DNA of 32,336 nt, from positions 1-32,336 of the forward strand of contig JANOAV010000110.1 of assembly GCA_031411295.1 (NCBI GenBank). Reading direction: 5' to 3'. Source of the DNA: Verrucomicrobiales bacterium (GTDB lineage: Bacteria; Verrucomicrobiota; Verrucomicrobiia; Verrucomicrobiales; V1-33). The translations under genes were made by a program, and so were the position numbers. This document shows positions 1 to 9,389 of the stretch, in pieces (positions within the stretch are counted from its first letter, which is position 1; every line of letters starts with the position of its first letter). Under the pieces are notes generated by a model, which saw only the letters and a list, made by a program, of their open reading frames with translations, ran no database searches and had not been told where the DNA came from.

Positions 1-99
1 CGCCGCCTCGTGCGCGACCACGAGCGCAAACCCAGTCACCACGAAGCCTTTGTCTATCTCGCCATGATCGGCTTCGCCGTCAGACGCCTCACTAAGTAA
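1..99 (+). mobile_element. 3' end of IS5-family transposase (partial, runs off the window start)
   Basis: Frame 1 reads RRLVRDHERKPSHHEAFVYLAMIGFAVRRLTK*, matching the C-terminal RRLxRDYER...LAM...RRL pattern of IS5-family transposases; stop TAA at 97-99. Confidence 0.8.
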
Positions 100-119
100 T
101 CCCATTATGGCTGTTAAGT

Positions 120-141
120 TTATTTGCCGGACAGGTTCTGA
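120..141 (+). mobile_element. Probable right terminal inverted repeat of the IS (…TTTGCCGGACAGGTTC) followed by a possible TGA target duplication
   Basis: Lies ~20-40 nt after the transposase stop. A TNA flank (TGA, 139-141) fits IS1031-subgroup targets. The left end is outside the window, so this cannot be confirmed. Confidence 0.4.
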
Positions 142-163
142 TCCTCGTTCCTCCAGTCCCACC

Positions 164-1276
164 TCACCGCAAGATCACAAACTCGTTCTGATTTTCGGCA
201 TAAACCGCCGCCTTACCCCACACGGGAACGCCAATCGCCTGGCCCAGCGGACCAATTGGTTTCAACTCCTGATCACACTCTTGCCAAGCCACCGAGCCTC
301 CCCGATTCCATCCAGTGCCTTCGACCCACACGATCAAAATGTGGCCCTGTTGATCTACGGCCATCGCTGGATGCTTGGCATTCTTAGCTGCTAGCGTGAT
401 CGGGACCCCGCCCCGCTCGGAGATCCAAGCCGCCCTGATTTGACCCGCCGTTTCCCACGCTCCCAGCATTTTGCGATCATGGGCGACCAACGCGGCCGAA
501 CTCATCGGACAAGCGGAAATGTTCCATAAATCAATTTCCCGGGAGGCCCATTGCTGGCCGGAACGGACATAAAGCGTCATCGGTCGTCGATCCGCGGAAA
601 TCGCGGTGCGAACCAAGATATTGGGTTCGCCCGTCGTGCTGAGCGCGACTCGGAGCGAGCAGCAGGCGCAGATTCCGGGCGTGGCACGATTGATCACCTC
701 TGCCGGAGGAAACGAAACGCCATCGTTGAGCGAGGTTCGCAGAAAGATCAGTCGATCCTTTTCCCCAGAAATTGCACCTCCTGCCAAACCATGCCAAACG
801 ACATACACTTTGCCGTCCTCGCTAGCCGTGAGTGAGGCCCCTCCATCCAAGGCGACGCTCTCCCCCAGCAAATCCTGCTGCTTGGCAAACCCTTCCGCCC
901 CTGCCAGTTTGCGGGCATACCAGAGTGGCGCTGGGGCCAGTTTGCCAGTGGCGGTGCCATTCCAGAGCACATGCACGGTGCCGTTTTTGCCCAGTGCCAA
1001 TTGCGGCCCCCGGATGGTTCCAATGGCAATCGCACTGCCAGCGATCGTGTTAACCGTTAGGCTGGGATGCCAGGCCTCACCTGCTTTACGCCAGGTGTAG
1101 CGCACTTCCGCTGCCTTTGGGTCGCCCCGCAAATAAACGAGGTGGACGGTGCCGTCCGAGCTGGCCACCACTTCCGGCTGGAGTCCCTTTTCGGGCACCT
1201 CCTCGCAGCGGGTTGAGGCCTGAGCGGGCAACGGGAGGCAACAGAGGAGGCCCAAAGTTAGAAGGATAAATTTCAT
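164..1276 (-). CDS. Exported BNR/sialidase-like (probable beta-propeller) protein with CACC and WxxxACP motifs
   Basis: Start at MKFILLTLGLLCCLPLPAQA (signal peptide). Asp-box-like SLNDGVSF, GICACCS and WNISACPMS motifs; repeated P-x-hydrophobic...hvhhvW blades. Confidence 0.65.
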   Translation of the reverse strand: MKFILLTLGLLCCLPLPAQASTRCEEVPEKGLQPEVVASSDGTVHLVYLRGDPKAAEVRYTWRKAGEAWHPSLTVNTIAGSAIAIGTIRGPQLALGKNGTVHVLWNGTATGKLAPAPLWYARKLAGAEGFAKQQDLLGESVALDGGASLTASEDGKVYVVWHGLAGGAISGEKDRLIFLRTSLNDGVSFPPAEVINRATPGICACCSLRVALSTTGEPNILVRTAISADRRPMTLYVRSGQQWASREIDLWNISACPMSSAALVAHDRKMLGAWETAGQIRAAWISERGGVPITLAAKNAKHPAMAVDQQGHILIVWVEGTGWNRGGSVAWQECDQELKPIGPLGQAIGVPVWGKAAVYAENQNEFVILR

Positions 1277-1423
1277 TGCAGGGATTAAAGACGCCAAAGG
1301 TTCTCGTTGGAAGTAATTTTTACCCACCTTGTGCGTAAAGTCGAAACTACTGGAGACGAGAGCGCCCCCAAAACTATGAGTTAAGCGAGCGTGCTCCCAC
1401 GGCTCCAACGACCACGGTGTTGG

Positions 1424-3787
1424 CTAACCTACGCGGTTCAAAATATAGTCGGCGGAAGTCAGGTGCGGTGCCAGCTGGCAGAGTCGGGTGCTGATGCTTT
1501 GCAGGTCTTCGCGTGATTGATGCGCGGCACTGGCGACCACGATGGCGCGGGTAGCCAGCATGGCGAGTTGTTCGCTTTCGGGGACTTCGCTTAGGCTGGG
1601 GGCGTCAAGGATGACGAGATCGACGGTGGACCGGAGATGGTTGAGCATCTTGGCAAACCACTTGGAATCGAAGACGTGCTCGACGTCCAGGCCGCGGCAG
1701 TTTCCTGCTTCCATGGTGAACAAATTACTGCCAGGATAACGCAGCGATTCAATCTGCCACGGTTCGCTCTGCTGGCTGTGAGCAGCCTCGCTGAGGCTGG
1801 GCGGGGCGATTTCCCGAGGGAAATATCGATGGAGCGACGGGCGACGGAGATTGCCATCGATGACGATGACGGTTTTCATTTGGAGTGCGGTGGCAATGCC
1901 GAGCGCAGAAGCCACCAGTGATTTTCCCTCGCTGGGTCGGGTGCTGGTGACGAAGACCACGGGAGCCTGGGGGCGCGCGCGGTTGCTTTCGGCTAGCACA
2001 TGATGGGCCGTGCCATCAAAGAGATGTTTCACCAATGCCGAGGTGCGAAAAGCGCTGAAGAGCATTTCGTCAGGACGTCCCGAAGGGAAGACTGGGAGAG
2101 GTGGAATTTCCCCGAGCCAAACTCCTTGGGATGGCATCAAAGCTGGCAGCCCGGGATTGGGTTCCGCCATGGGAGCCGCAGCCACCGTTGGCAATGCGCC
2201 GGGGGCAACGGTGCTGGCGCGCAGTTTTTCCAACAGACCTTCGAATCCACTGAGGCGCAAAACCCCGATGGCAGCCATCAGCAACGGCACCATGATAAAC
2301 AACGCGCTGAAACTAACCCCTGCCAGCACCACGCTCAGTGGCTTGCTGGGAGCCACGGCCTTCTCTGGCGGCACGGCTACTTCGGCAGTGCGCAGGTGCG
2401 TCACTTCACCAAAGCGACTGCTCACGGTGGCTTCGTCCAAGCGGGAAAGAATCTTGTCATAAAGTGCGCGATCCGAGGCCAGTTGGCTCCGGAGCATTTT
2501 TCGCTCAATATTCTCCTGCCCTTGCCCCGCCACCGTGCCCTTCGTCTTTCCGGTTTGCTCGTTGAGCGTGCCGACCTTGGCGGTCAGGCTTTGTTCCTTG
2601 TTCCGCAGTTCCGATACGGCGCGATTGAGTGCGGAGGAAATTTCCTGATTTAACGCTCCGAAACCTTTCTGGAAGGACCGCACTGCGGGGTGCTTCGGTA
2701 GATACCGTTGCTCGATGATTTCCTTTTCGCGGAGCTTGTCAGCCAGTTGACCACGCAAGGTCGTGAGGGCTGGAATTGCCGAGAAGCCTTCGACGGCCAA
2801 TAATTGCTCCACATTGTTCTGAGCTGCCTCCACCTGCGATAACGTTTGCTTCACTTGGGAAAGTTCGATCTCGCAACGGGCCTGTTCAGCGCTGAGGAGG
2901 CGCAGTTTCTCTGAATCACCAGCGGCCTGTTCTTCGTCAGCCACCAGCCCTTTTTCGCGGCAGTAAGCAGCCAACTTTTCTTCACTGAGCTGCACCCGCT
3001 GCTTGGCTTGATCGGCTTCCTGACGCAGGAAAACCGAGGCCGAACGCGTGCTGGCACCATCTTCATGGCCAACGTATTCCACGTAGGCCTTAACCCAAGC
3101 GTTGGCCAGACTGGCGGCCTGCTCGGGGCTGTGATGCTTCACACTGACTTTGAGAATCAGCGTCTCTTTAATGAAATCCACGCCTACGGTCTCGCACAGT
3201 TTCATGAATGGCTGCTTGGCCTGATCTTCCGCTCTGCCGCTGATGGGCGGCGGCGTGCTGCTGAGTTTATCAAAAATTTGGCTAACCACCGTGGGACGCG
3301 CTGGTGGTGCCACGAAGGCATCGCGTTCGGTCGGGGCCAGGCGGCTATAAAAGAAATCCAGGAAGCGACGGCTCTTCATTTCCACGCGGTGATTATTTAA
3401 CATGTAAAGAATGCTGTTCGATTCGCCACCCGTGTTGTTCACCACCTTGTCGAAGTTGAATACTTTGTCGTCATGCATCCGCATCATGAGATTGGCCTCT
3501 GCCAGGTATTGCGGTTGGCGTCCCAGCATGAGGATAAGCAACAATCCAGCGATGGAACCGGCCACGATCAGGGCAGCTTTCCAGCGGCGGAAAATGCACC
3601 GCACGAGATCTTCGATGACAATATTCTTGGTGGCTGAAGCTTGACTGGGAACCATGCCAGTTTGGCCAGCCATGAAATTTGGCAGACTGCTTACTGGAAT
3701 GGCAAGGGCATACGCCTGGGGCTCGGTCGCACGGGCTGACGAGAGGTTTGCAGGAAGCAGGGAGGATGTCGTTGGAGCGGAGTTCAT
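1424..3787 (-). CDS. Wzc/GumC-type polysaccharide co-polymerase with BY-kinase-like C-terminal domain
   Basis: Two TM helices flank a coiled-coil region with YLPKHP and AVPPEKAVAP motifs. Walker A TSTRPSEGKS, A' VIDGNLRRP, B ILDAPS. The ATG overlaps the upstream stop (TGATG). Confidence 0.85.
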   Translation of the reverse strand: MNSAPTTSSLLPANLSSARATEPQAYALAIPVSSLPNFMAGQTGMVPSQASATKNIVIEDLVRCIFRRWKAALIVAGSIAGLLLILMLGRQPQYLAEANLMMRMHDDKVFNFDKVVNNTGGESNSILYMLNNHRVEMKSRRFLDFFYSRLAPTERDAFVAPPARPTVVSQIFDKLSSTPPPISGRAEDQAKQPFMKLCETVGVDFIKETLILKVSVKHHSPEQAASLANAWVKAYVEYVGHEDGASTRSASVFLRQEADQAKQRVQLSEEKLAAYCREKGLVADEEQAAGDSEKLRLLSAEQARCEIELSQVKQTLSQVEAAQNNVEQLLAVEGFSAIPALTTLRGQLADKLREKEIIEQRYLPKHPAVRSFQKGFGALNQEISSALNRAVSELRNKEQSLTAKVGTLNEQTGKTKGTVAGQGQENIERKMLRSQLASDRALYDKILSRLDEATVSSRFGEVTHLRTAEVAVPPEKAVAPSKPLSVVLAGVSFSALFIMVPLLMAAIGVLRLSGFEGLLEKLRASTVAPGALPTVAAAPMAEPNPGLPALMPSQGVWLGEIPPLPVFPSGRPDEMLFSAFRTSALVKHLFDGTAHHVLAESNRARPQAPVVFVTSTRPSEGKSLVASALGIATALQMKTVIVIDGNLRRPSLHRYFPREIAPPSLSEAAHSQQSEPWQIESLRYPGSNLFTMEAGNCRGLDVEHVFDSKWFAKMLNHLRSTVDLVILDAPSLSEVPESEQLAMLATRAIVVASAAHQSREDLQSISTRLCQLAPHLTSADYILNRVG

Positions 3788-5010
3788 CACAAGGAAGCGG
3801 GGGTGAACGGTTTTGAGGAACGGGTCACAGGGGTGGAAATTTTGCTGAGCATGACGGCGTTGACGCGATGCACGTCGAAGCGCGTCTGTGCCAGGGCGCG
3901 TGAAGCATGCGCCATGGCCGCATAGCGTTGGGGATCGGATGCCAGATCTTCCAAGGCTCCCACCAAGGCTGTGACATCGCGAGGCCGAACGAGGTAGCCA
4001 TTCTTGCCTTCCATCACCGGCTCGCACGCGCGCTGTTGCAGGGTGCCATTGGTGTTGAGCGTGACGGTTTCCCGGCTACCGACGGCATCCGTGGTGACAA
4101 TCGGCAGTCCGGTAGCCAATGCTTCCAGCGTGGCGCGGGGCACTCCTTCGCGATAGTAAGTAGGCAGCACAAACGCCTGCGCGCCTTGTAAATGAGGTCG
4201 CACATCGCTGACGCTGCCATGGTATTGAATCACGCCAGCAGCCACCCAAGCTTGAGCTTGCGCGGTAGAAATGCCGTCGGGACCGGGATCGGGGGCTCCC
4301 AGTAAATGGAATTCCCATTGTGGATGGCATTCTTTTAAAATGCCCGCTGCCGCCACATACTCGGGGATGCCTTTGCTCTTCAGCAGTCGGGAAACGAGCA
4401 CAAATTTCATTGTGCCTGAACGCACCGCCGCTTCATTTGGTGGACAGAAAGGAAAGGTCTCCAACTCCACGCCGGAACCACTAACCACTTGGCTGCGCGT
4501 GGCGGGATGAAGAATCCCCAGCGCCCGCAGTTGCTTTTCATCGTCGTGATTTTGCAGGAAGACCGTAGAAGCTTTGCGCAAGGCCATCCGATACAGCCGA
4601 CCACTGATTTTGCCGATCACACGTTGCTTCATGGTTGGCTGATCTGCGAAAGCATAACCTAGCCCGCAAATGAGAGGATAGATCGCAGGCACGCCTTCCT
4701 TCGCGGCGGCCAGACTGCCATAACAGACGGCTTTGATGGTGTAGGGCAACAGCGCATCGGGCCGCTCCGCCCGTATCAGAGCGCGCAGCATTTTATAACT
4801 ACGGTAGTCCTGAAGCGGATTCAAACCAGATCGTGCACCGCCCAGAGGGATATAGCGGCCGCCAAGGCCTTCCAAGAAATCTGCCGCAGCTCCACCTTCA
4901 CCACTCGCAGCGCCCACGACTTCCCAACCGCGTAATGCAAGTGCGCGGATCAACTCCTTGCGATGGCAGAGGAGTGTTTTTGGGTCGGCGGTTAAAATGA
5001 GGATTTTCAT
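3787..5010 (-). CDS. Glycosyltransferase family 4 (CapM/PglA-like)
   Basis: MKILILT start; YTIKAVCYG, FLQNHDD, SGSGVEL, VSRLLKSKGIPEY and LPTYYREGVPRATLEALA (EX7E) motifs. Confidence 0.9.
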   Translation of the reverse strand: MKILILTADPKTLLCHRKELIRALALRGWEVVGAASGEGGAAADFLEGLGGRYIPLGGARSGLNPLQDYRSYKMLRALIRAERPDALLPYTIKAVCYGSLAAAKEGVPAIYPLICGLGYAFADQPTMKQRVIGKISGRLYRMALRKASTVFLQNHDDEKQLRALGILHPATRSQVVSGSGVELETFPFCPPNEAAVRSGTMKFVLVSRLLKSKGIPEYVAAAGILKECHPQWEFHLLGAPDPGPDGISTAQAQAWVAAGVIQYHGSVSDVRPHLQGAQAFVLPTYYREGVPRATLEALATGLPIVTTDAVGSRETVTLNTNGTLQQRACEPVMEGKNGYLVRPRDVTALVGALEDLASDPQRYAAMAHASRALAQTRFDVHRVNAVMLSKISTPVTRSSKPFTPASL

Positions 5011-5264
5011 GACGGATTGCTGGAAACACTTTACGATAATTATAAATATTCTACTCGCCACCATTCTGAAATCAAGTGAAATTATGGAATTTGATATGCA
5101 AATTTTAAGAATTTCTCGTTACTGAAACTTTAAGACTGCTGCAGCGGTGCGCGGCTTTCAAATTCTCAATTATGCGAGTAAAGCATGGGGGATTTATTGG
5201 AATTTCTATATTTTAGAGTTGCGATTATGCGATTAACCACTATAATTTCAGAGATAAATCTATA
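5011..5264. promoter_or_regulatory. AT-rich divergent promoter region of the EPS locus
   Basis: Plus strand: TTGCGA (5219-5224), 16-nt spacer, TATAAT (5241-5246). Minus strand: TATAAT at 5044-5039. Markedly AT-rich relative to the flanking genes. Confidence 0.6.
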
Positions 5265-6659
5265 ATGATCACAACTTCGACAGATACCCTATCCTCTGCG
5301 GCCCCGATCCCATCGACTCCGAGAGGCCGTTGGACGATTCTAGGGAGCATTTTCACCATCAGCATTCTTACGCTGATTGTGAAGTTGGTGGCCTTTGGCA
5401 AGGATCTCGTAGCCGCACACCAGTTTGGCACTTGCGATGAGATGGACGCCTTCCTGATTGCCTTCTTAATACCAGCGCTGATCCCCATGATCCTCTCGCA
5501 GAGTATCCCCAGCGTGCTGGTGCCAGCGTATGCTGTAGCGCGCGAAACCGACGGCTCCCTGGCCGCCGACCGCATGGCGGTGCAGACCATGTGGCTGTAT
5601 GCTTCCAAACTCGCGATCGCAGTCACGGTAACCTATTTTGCCCAACCTGCGTTGATGCCGTTGCTGGCGCATAAATTCTCACCCGAAAAGCAAGCCCTCT
5701 GCGCCTCCCTCTTCCGCAACCTGCTACCGTTCGCCTTCTGCTATGGATTGTCGTTCGGATTCATTAGCTGGCTCCAAGCGAACAAGCGCTTTGTCATTTC
5801 CAGTATTGCCCCAGCGGTGATTCCCCTGACGACCCTGCTTTTCCTGACTCAATCCAGTCAGATGGGCATTTGGGCGTTTATCTATGGAACCAATGTGGGC
5901 TCTGTCCTGCTAGTGCTGGTGCTGGCATTTGCGTGCCACCGCACCTCGGAACACCCGCTGCTGCGGCCAGGCAAACTTGGTGCGGCCTCCAAGAACCTGT
6001 TTCGCGAAAGCATTCCGTTCCTCGCCAGCGGACTCCTCGTCGTCGGGCTGCCGTTTCTCGATCAATGGATGGCTGGATGGATGGAATCCGGTAGCGTGGC
6101 GGTGTTGAGTTATAGCGAAAAAATTTGCAGTATTGTCTTGTCCATCGGTGCTGGATCCGCCGCCCAAGCGCTCTTGCCTTACCTCACCGATCATGTGAGC
6201 AAGCGGGATTGGTTGGGGCTTAGAAGCACCACCATGCGATACTCAGCCATCATCATTGGCGCGTCGTTCCCCGTGGTCGCCATCTTTTGGATTGCGGCCC
6301 CCAACTTGGTGCAACTGTTACTGGAGCGGGGATCGTTCAGCCAAGAGGATACAGCCAGAGTCGCCACGGTGCTGCGTTTCCACGCGCTGCAAATCCCCTT
6401 CTACATAGCCGCCGTGATGGCCTCGAAAGTAATCCTCGCCATGCGGGCTGGTAAATTCATGCTCTTCACGACGCTCATGAATCTGGCGCTCAACGCCATC
6501 CTCAACACCATCTTCATGCGCTACTGGGGCGTGGCGGGCTTGGCCCTGGCGACCACGGGCGTTTACTTCCTCTCCGCTATCATGCTCTACGCCTACATGC
6601 TCATCGTCGTCCCTCGACGCATCGCGGCGGACGAACTCGCCTCTGCGAATCCATCTTAA
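5265..6659 (+). CDS. MurJ/MviN-like (MOP family) flippase, probably the EPS repeat-unit flippase
   Basis: Many TM helices; AHQFGTCDEMDAFLIAFLIP, LDQWMA...GSVAVLSYSEK, LLERGSFSQEDT and GVAGLALATT motifs typical of MviN. Confidence 0.85.
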   Translation: MITTSTDTLSSAAPIPSTPRGRWTILGSIFTISILTLIVKLVAFGKDLVAAHQFGTCDEMDAFLIAFLIPALIPMILSQSIPSVLVPAYAVARETDGSLAADRMAVQTMWLYASKLAIAVTVTYFAQPALMPLLAHKFSPEKQALCASLFRNLLPFAFCYGLSFGFISWLQANKRFVISSIAPAVIPLTTLLFLTQSSQMGIWAFIYGTNVGSVLLVLVLAFACHRTSEHPLLRPGKLGAASKNLFRESIPFLASGLLVVGLPFLDQWMAGWMESGSVAVLSYSEKICSIVLSIGAGSAAQALLPYLTDHVSKRDWLGLRSTTMRYSAIIIGASFPVVAIFWIAAPNLVQLLLERGSFSQEDTARVATVLRFHALQIPFYIAAVMASKVILAMRAGKFMLFTTLMNLALNAILNTIFMRYWGVAGLALATTGVYFLSAIMLYAYMLIVVPRRIAADELASANPS

Positions 6660-6677
6660 CTACTCCCCCTCAACCCT

Positions 6678-8093
6678 ATGGAAACTCTAGCCGAAACCAG
6701 TCTGCGCCATACCGTAGTCCCCATCGATCCCTTCCACGTCTCGCGTTTCCGCCGCTTGGTGGGATTGTTCGCCACCATCCCATCTGCGACTTGGCTCCTG
6801 ATCGATTTCATCATGCCCGCACTTTTCATGATGTTGGCCTACCACTTCTGCTCAAAATCCTGGTGGGCGCTGCACGCACCGAATCATCTTTCCGTCGAAC
6901 TGGGCACCATCATTTTCGGAGGCTCCGTAGCCCTCTGCAGCCACATCTTCGGACTGCACGATCGTTCCACCAGTCAAACGTTGCCCAGCTTAATCAGCAA
7001 AGCCCTCCTCACCATGGCAGTCGCCATCCCTGCACTGATCACGATTTCTGGCCTGGTAGTCTTCAAGGACATTGGTCGAGAACTACTGATCATCGCCAGC
7101 ACCAGCACTCTGGCAGGGTTGATCCTCACACGATCCATCGCTTGGCATTTCGCCACGCGGCATCCCGAATGCATCGGCCTGCTGGGTAATACGGCTTTTG
7201 TTGCCATGGCCCGGGAAGTAATCGAGAAACAAGGCACCGCAGTGAAACTTTGTCCCATTGTGCTGGACGAAAGTGAAACTCATGTGGTGAGTCTAAGCAG
7301 CTTGCATCAATGGGCCGCCTTCATGCGCATGGACGAACTCGTCTTCCACGGGGACGCCACCCCAGAGATTAGCAAGGCCTTGTTTACTTGCATGGATCAT
7401 GGACTGCGGGTCAGCAATTTCGCGTCCTACGTCGAGAAAAGCGCGCAGTATGTGCCCGTAAATCAAATCACTGAAAACTGGTTCCTGGCCAACGACGTGC
7501 AGGCGCTGCATCCGCATTACATGGTCTTCAAACGCTTGGCGGACATCTTGGTGTCAGCGCTGGGACTGATTCTTTCCAGCCCTTTCATCCTGCTGGCCGT
7601 GCTCGCCATCAAGCTGGAAAGCCCCGGTCCGGCCTTTTACAGTCAACGTCGCGTAGGTCTGCGGAACCGCATTTTCTCCATTTATAAATTACGTTCCATG
7701 CGACTCGATGCCGAAGCCGGTGGCGCGCAGTGGGCCAAGAAAGGTGACAACCGCGTGACCCGCATCGGCCGCATTCTGCGCAAAACGCGGATCGATGAAT
7801 TGCCCCAATTTTGGAACATCCTCAAAGGCGACATGGCCTTCATCGGGCCGCGCCCCGAGCGTCCGGAGTTTGTGGATCAACTCGCTGCGGCCATTCCATT
7901 CTATCGTCAGCGTCATTTGGTGAAACCCGGCCTAACCGGTTGGGCGCAGATCAACGCCGACTACGGCGCCAGCATCGAAGACGCCCGTCACAAGCTTTGT
8001 TACGACCTCTACTACGTCAAAGAAGCCTCCCTCCAGTTCGATCTCAACGTGTGCATCCGCACCATCGGCGCGATCATGAAAGGAGCCCGCTAG
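6678..8093 (+). CDS. Priming polyprenyl-phosphate sugar phosphotransferase (WcaJ/WbaP-like, Bac_transf)
   Basis: N-terminal TM helices; KRLADI, YKLRSM, RVTRIGRILRKTRIDELPQFWNILKGDM, GPRPERP, KPGLTGWAQIN and DLYYVK motifs. Confidence 0.93.
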   Translation: METLAETSLRHTVVPIDPFHVSRFRRLVGLFATIPSATWLLIDFIMPALFMMLAYHFCSKSWWALHAPNHLSVELGTIIFGGSVALCSHIFGLHDRSTSQTLPSLISKALLTMAVAIPALITISGLVVFKDIGRELLIIASTSTLAGLILTRSIAWHFATRHPECIGLLGNTAFVAMAREVIEKQGTAVKLCPIVLDESETHVVSLSSLHQWAAFMRMDELVFHGDATPEISKALFTCMDHGLRVSNFASYVEKSAQYVPVNQITENWFLANDVQALHPHYMVFKRLADILVSALGLILSSPFILLAVLAIKLESPGPAFYSQRRVGLRNRIFSIYKLRSMRLDAEAGGAQWAKKGDNRVTRIGRILRKTRIDELPQFWNILKGDMAFIGPRPERPEFVDQLAAAIPFYRQRHLVKPGLTGWAQINADYGASIEDARHKLCYDLYYVKEASLQFDLNVCIRTIGAIMKGAR

Positions 8094-8114
8094 TTTCAAC
8101 GAAGCCTACCTGAC

Positions 8115-9389
8115 ATGAATTCCACCAACTCCATGTTCATCCTGTATCCTGGCCAGAGCACTGCTCCGGCTCAGGCTCCCGTGACGCGGAATTGGCTTAT
8201 CATGGCAAGCCTGGCCATGATCGCACTGTTTGTGCCTTACAATACAGGTTTCATTGCCTGGGCCTTCCGCAATGGCTACTTCCCGCTGCGTCCCGTGATC
8301 TATCTGGTGCTGGTATGTGGTGTGAATCTGGTGATCCACCTGCCGAAGAAACCAGCGTTTTCTCTGTCCACCCTCATCCTGCTAGCCTTACTCGCCTACC
8401 GCTTGGTCGATGTCATTTTGCAACGCTGGCCGGAACCGGATGGCGGGATGGATCGGGCTTTCCGCATGGGCGCTACCCTGTTGTTTGCCGGCATCGCGAG
8501 CATCGTTTGTGGTAGTTGTTTTCGCACCTCGTTCGTGCCGCTCATCGCCATGGCCATCGCGAGCATCCTCACCAGCACTGCGGCCAACATCATGGAAACG
8601 CTGGGGTATATCAAAAACAGCTCGGTGCCGGGCCGGGCCTCTGGATTCCTGCCGGACGCCAATGATTCCTCGATTGCCATCGTCTGCATGCTGGCGCTGC
8701 TGCTCTCACTCAACAAACGCTTCTGGCTCAACCTGCTGATGATCTGCATTTCGTTTGGTGGCGTTATGCTCACCTACAGCCGCAGCGGATTCCTCGTGCT
8801 GGCGCTCACGATTCTCGCCTTCCTCGCCTTGAATCTGCGGCAACATTTCAAGCAAATCACAGTCTCCGTGGCCGCCAGTATTGTGATTGGCATTGGTGCC
8901 ATCACCTATCTCAGTTTCGGCAGTGCTGCCAAAAAGGACAGCAACGTGGAGGACCGCATGAGCGCCATCCTCGGTGGAGACATGAAGAAAATGGAATCCG
9001 CCGAACGTATGAAGGACCTGAGCGATGGCGTGGAAGCGGGTAAACTTCAGCCCGTCTTCGGCTACGGCACCGGTGCTGGCACTGATCAATGGAAACCCCA
9101 TAATCAAGTCGTTAGCACCTGGGTGGATATCGGCCTGCCGGGCGTGATCCTTTATTTATCAATGCTCTGCCTCATTGGCGCACGCGCGATCATGCGTCCC
9201 CAGACCGCCCTACTCTGCGCCATCCCCGTCATTTGCTTTCTGCCCTTTAGCCAAATGCTGATCGATACCACGCCTTACTGGCTCGTCGCCATTCTTGGGA
9301 TCCTCCGCAGCTCGCCCAGCCCCGTCGTGATCCGTTTCCTGCGTCCTAAAAGCTCCACCACCACAAACTCCCATGCCCTCCCTGCCTAA
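8115..9389 (+). CDS. Wzy polymerase / O-antigen ligase family membrane protein
   Basis: About 10 hydrophobic segments; RASG..DAND, LTYSRSG, PVFGYGTG and PHN...DIGLPG (Wzy_C) motifs. Confidence 0.8.
   Translation: MNSTNSMFILYPGQSTAPAQAPVTRNWLIMASLAMIALFVPYNTGFIAWAFRNGYFPLRPVIYLVLVCGVNLVIHLPKKPAFSLSTLILLALLAYRLVDVILQRWPEPDGGMDRAFRMGATLLFAGIASIVCGSCFRTSFVPLIAMAIASILTSTAANIMETLGYIKNSSVPGRASGFLPDANDSSIAIVCMLALLLSLNKRFWLNLLMICISFGGVMLTYSRSGFLVLALTILAFLALNLRQHFKQITVSVAASIVIGIGAITYLSFGSAAKKDSNVEDRMSAILGGDMKKMESAERMKDLSDGVEAGKLQPVFGYGTGAGTDQWKPHNQVVSTWVDIGLPGVILYLSMLCLIGARAIMRPQTALLCAIPVICFLPFSQMLIDTTPYWLVAILGILRSSPSPVVIRFLRPKSSTTTNSHALPA

Noticed and set aside
5051..5060. ops-like sequence TGGCGAGTAG on the minus strand
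   Set aside because: It is an imperfect match to GGCGGTAG and lies upstream of the likely -10 box, so it would not be transcribed.
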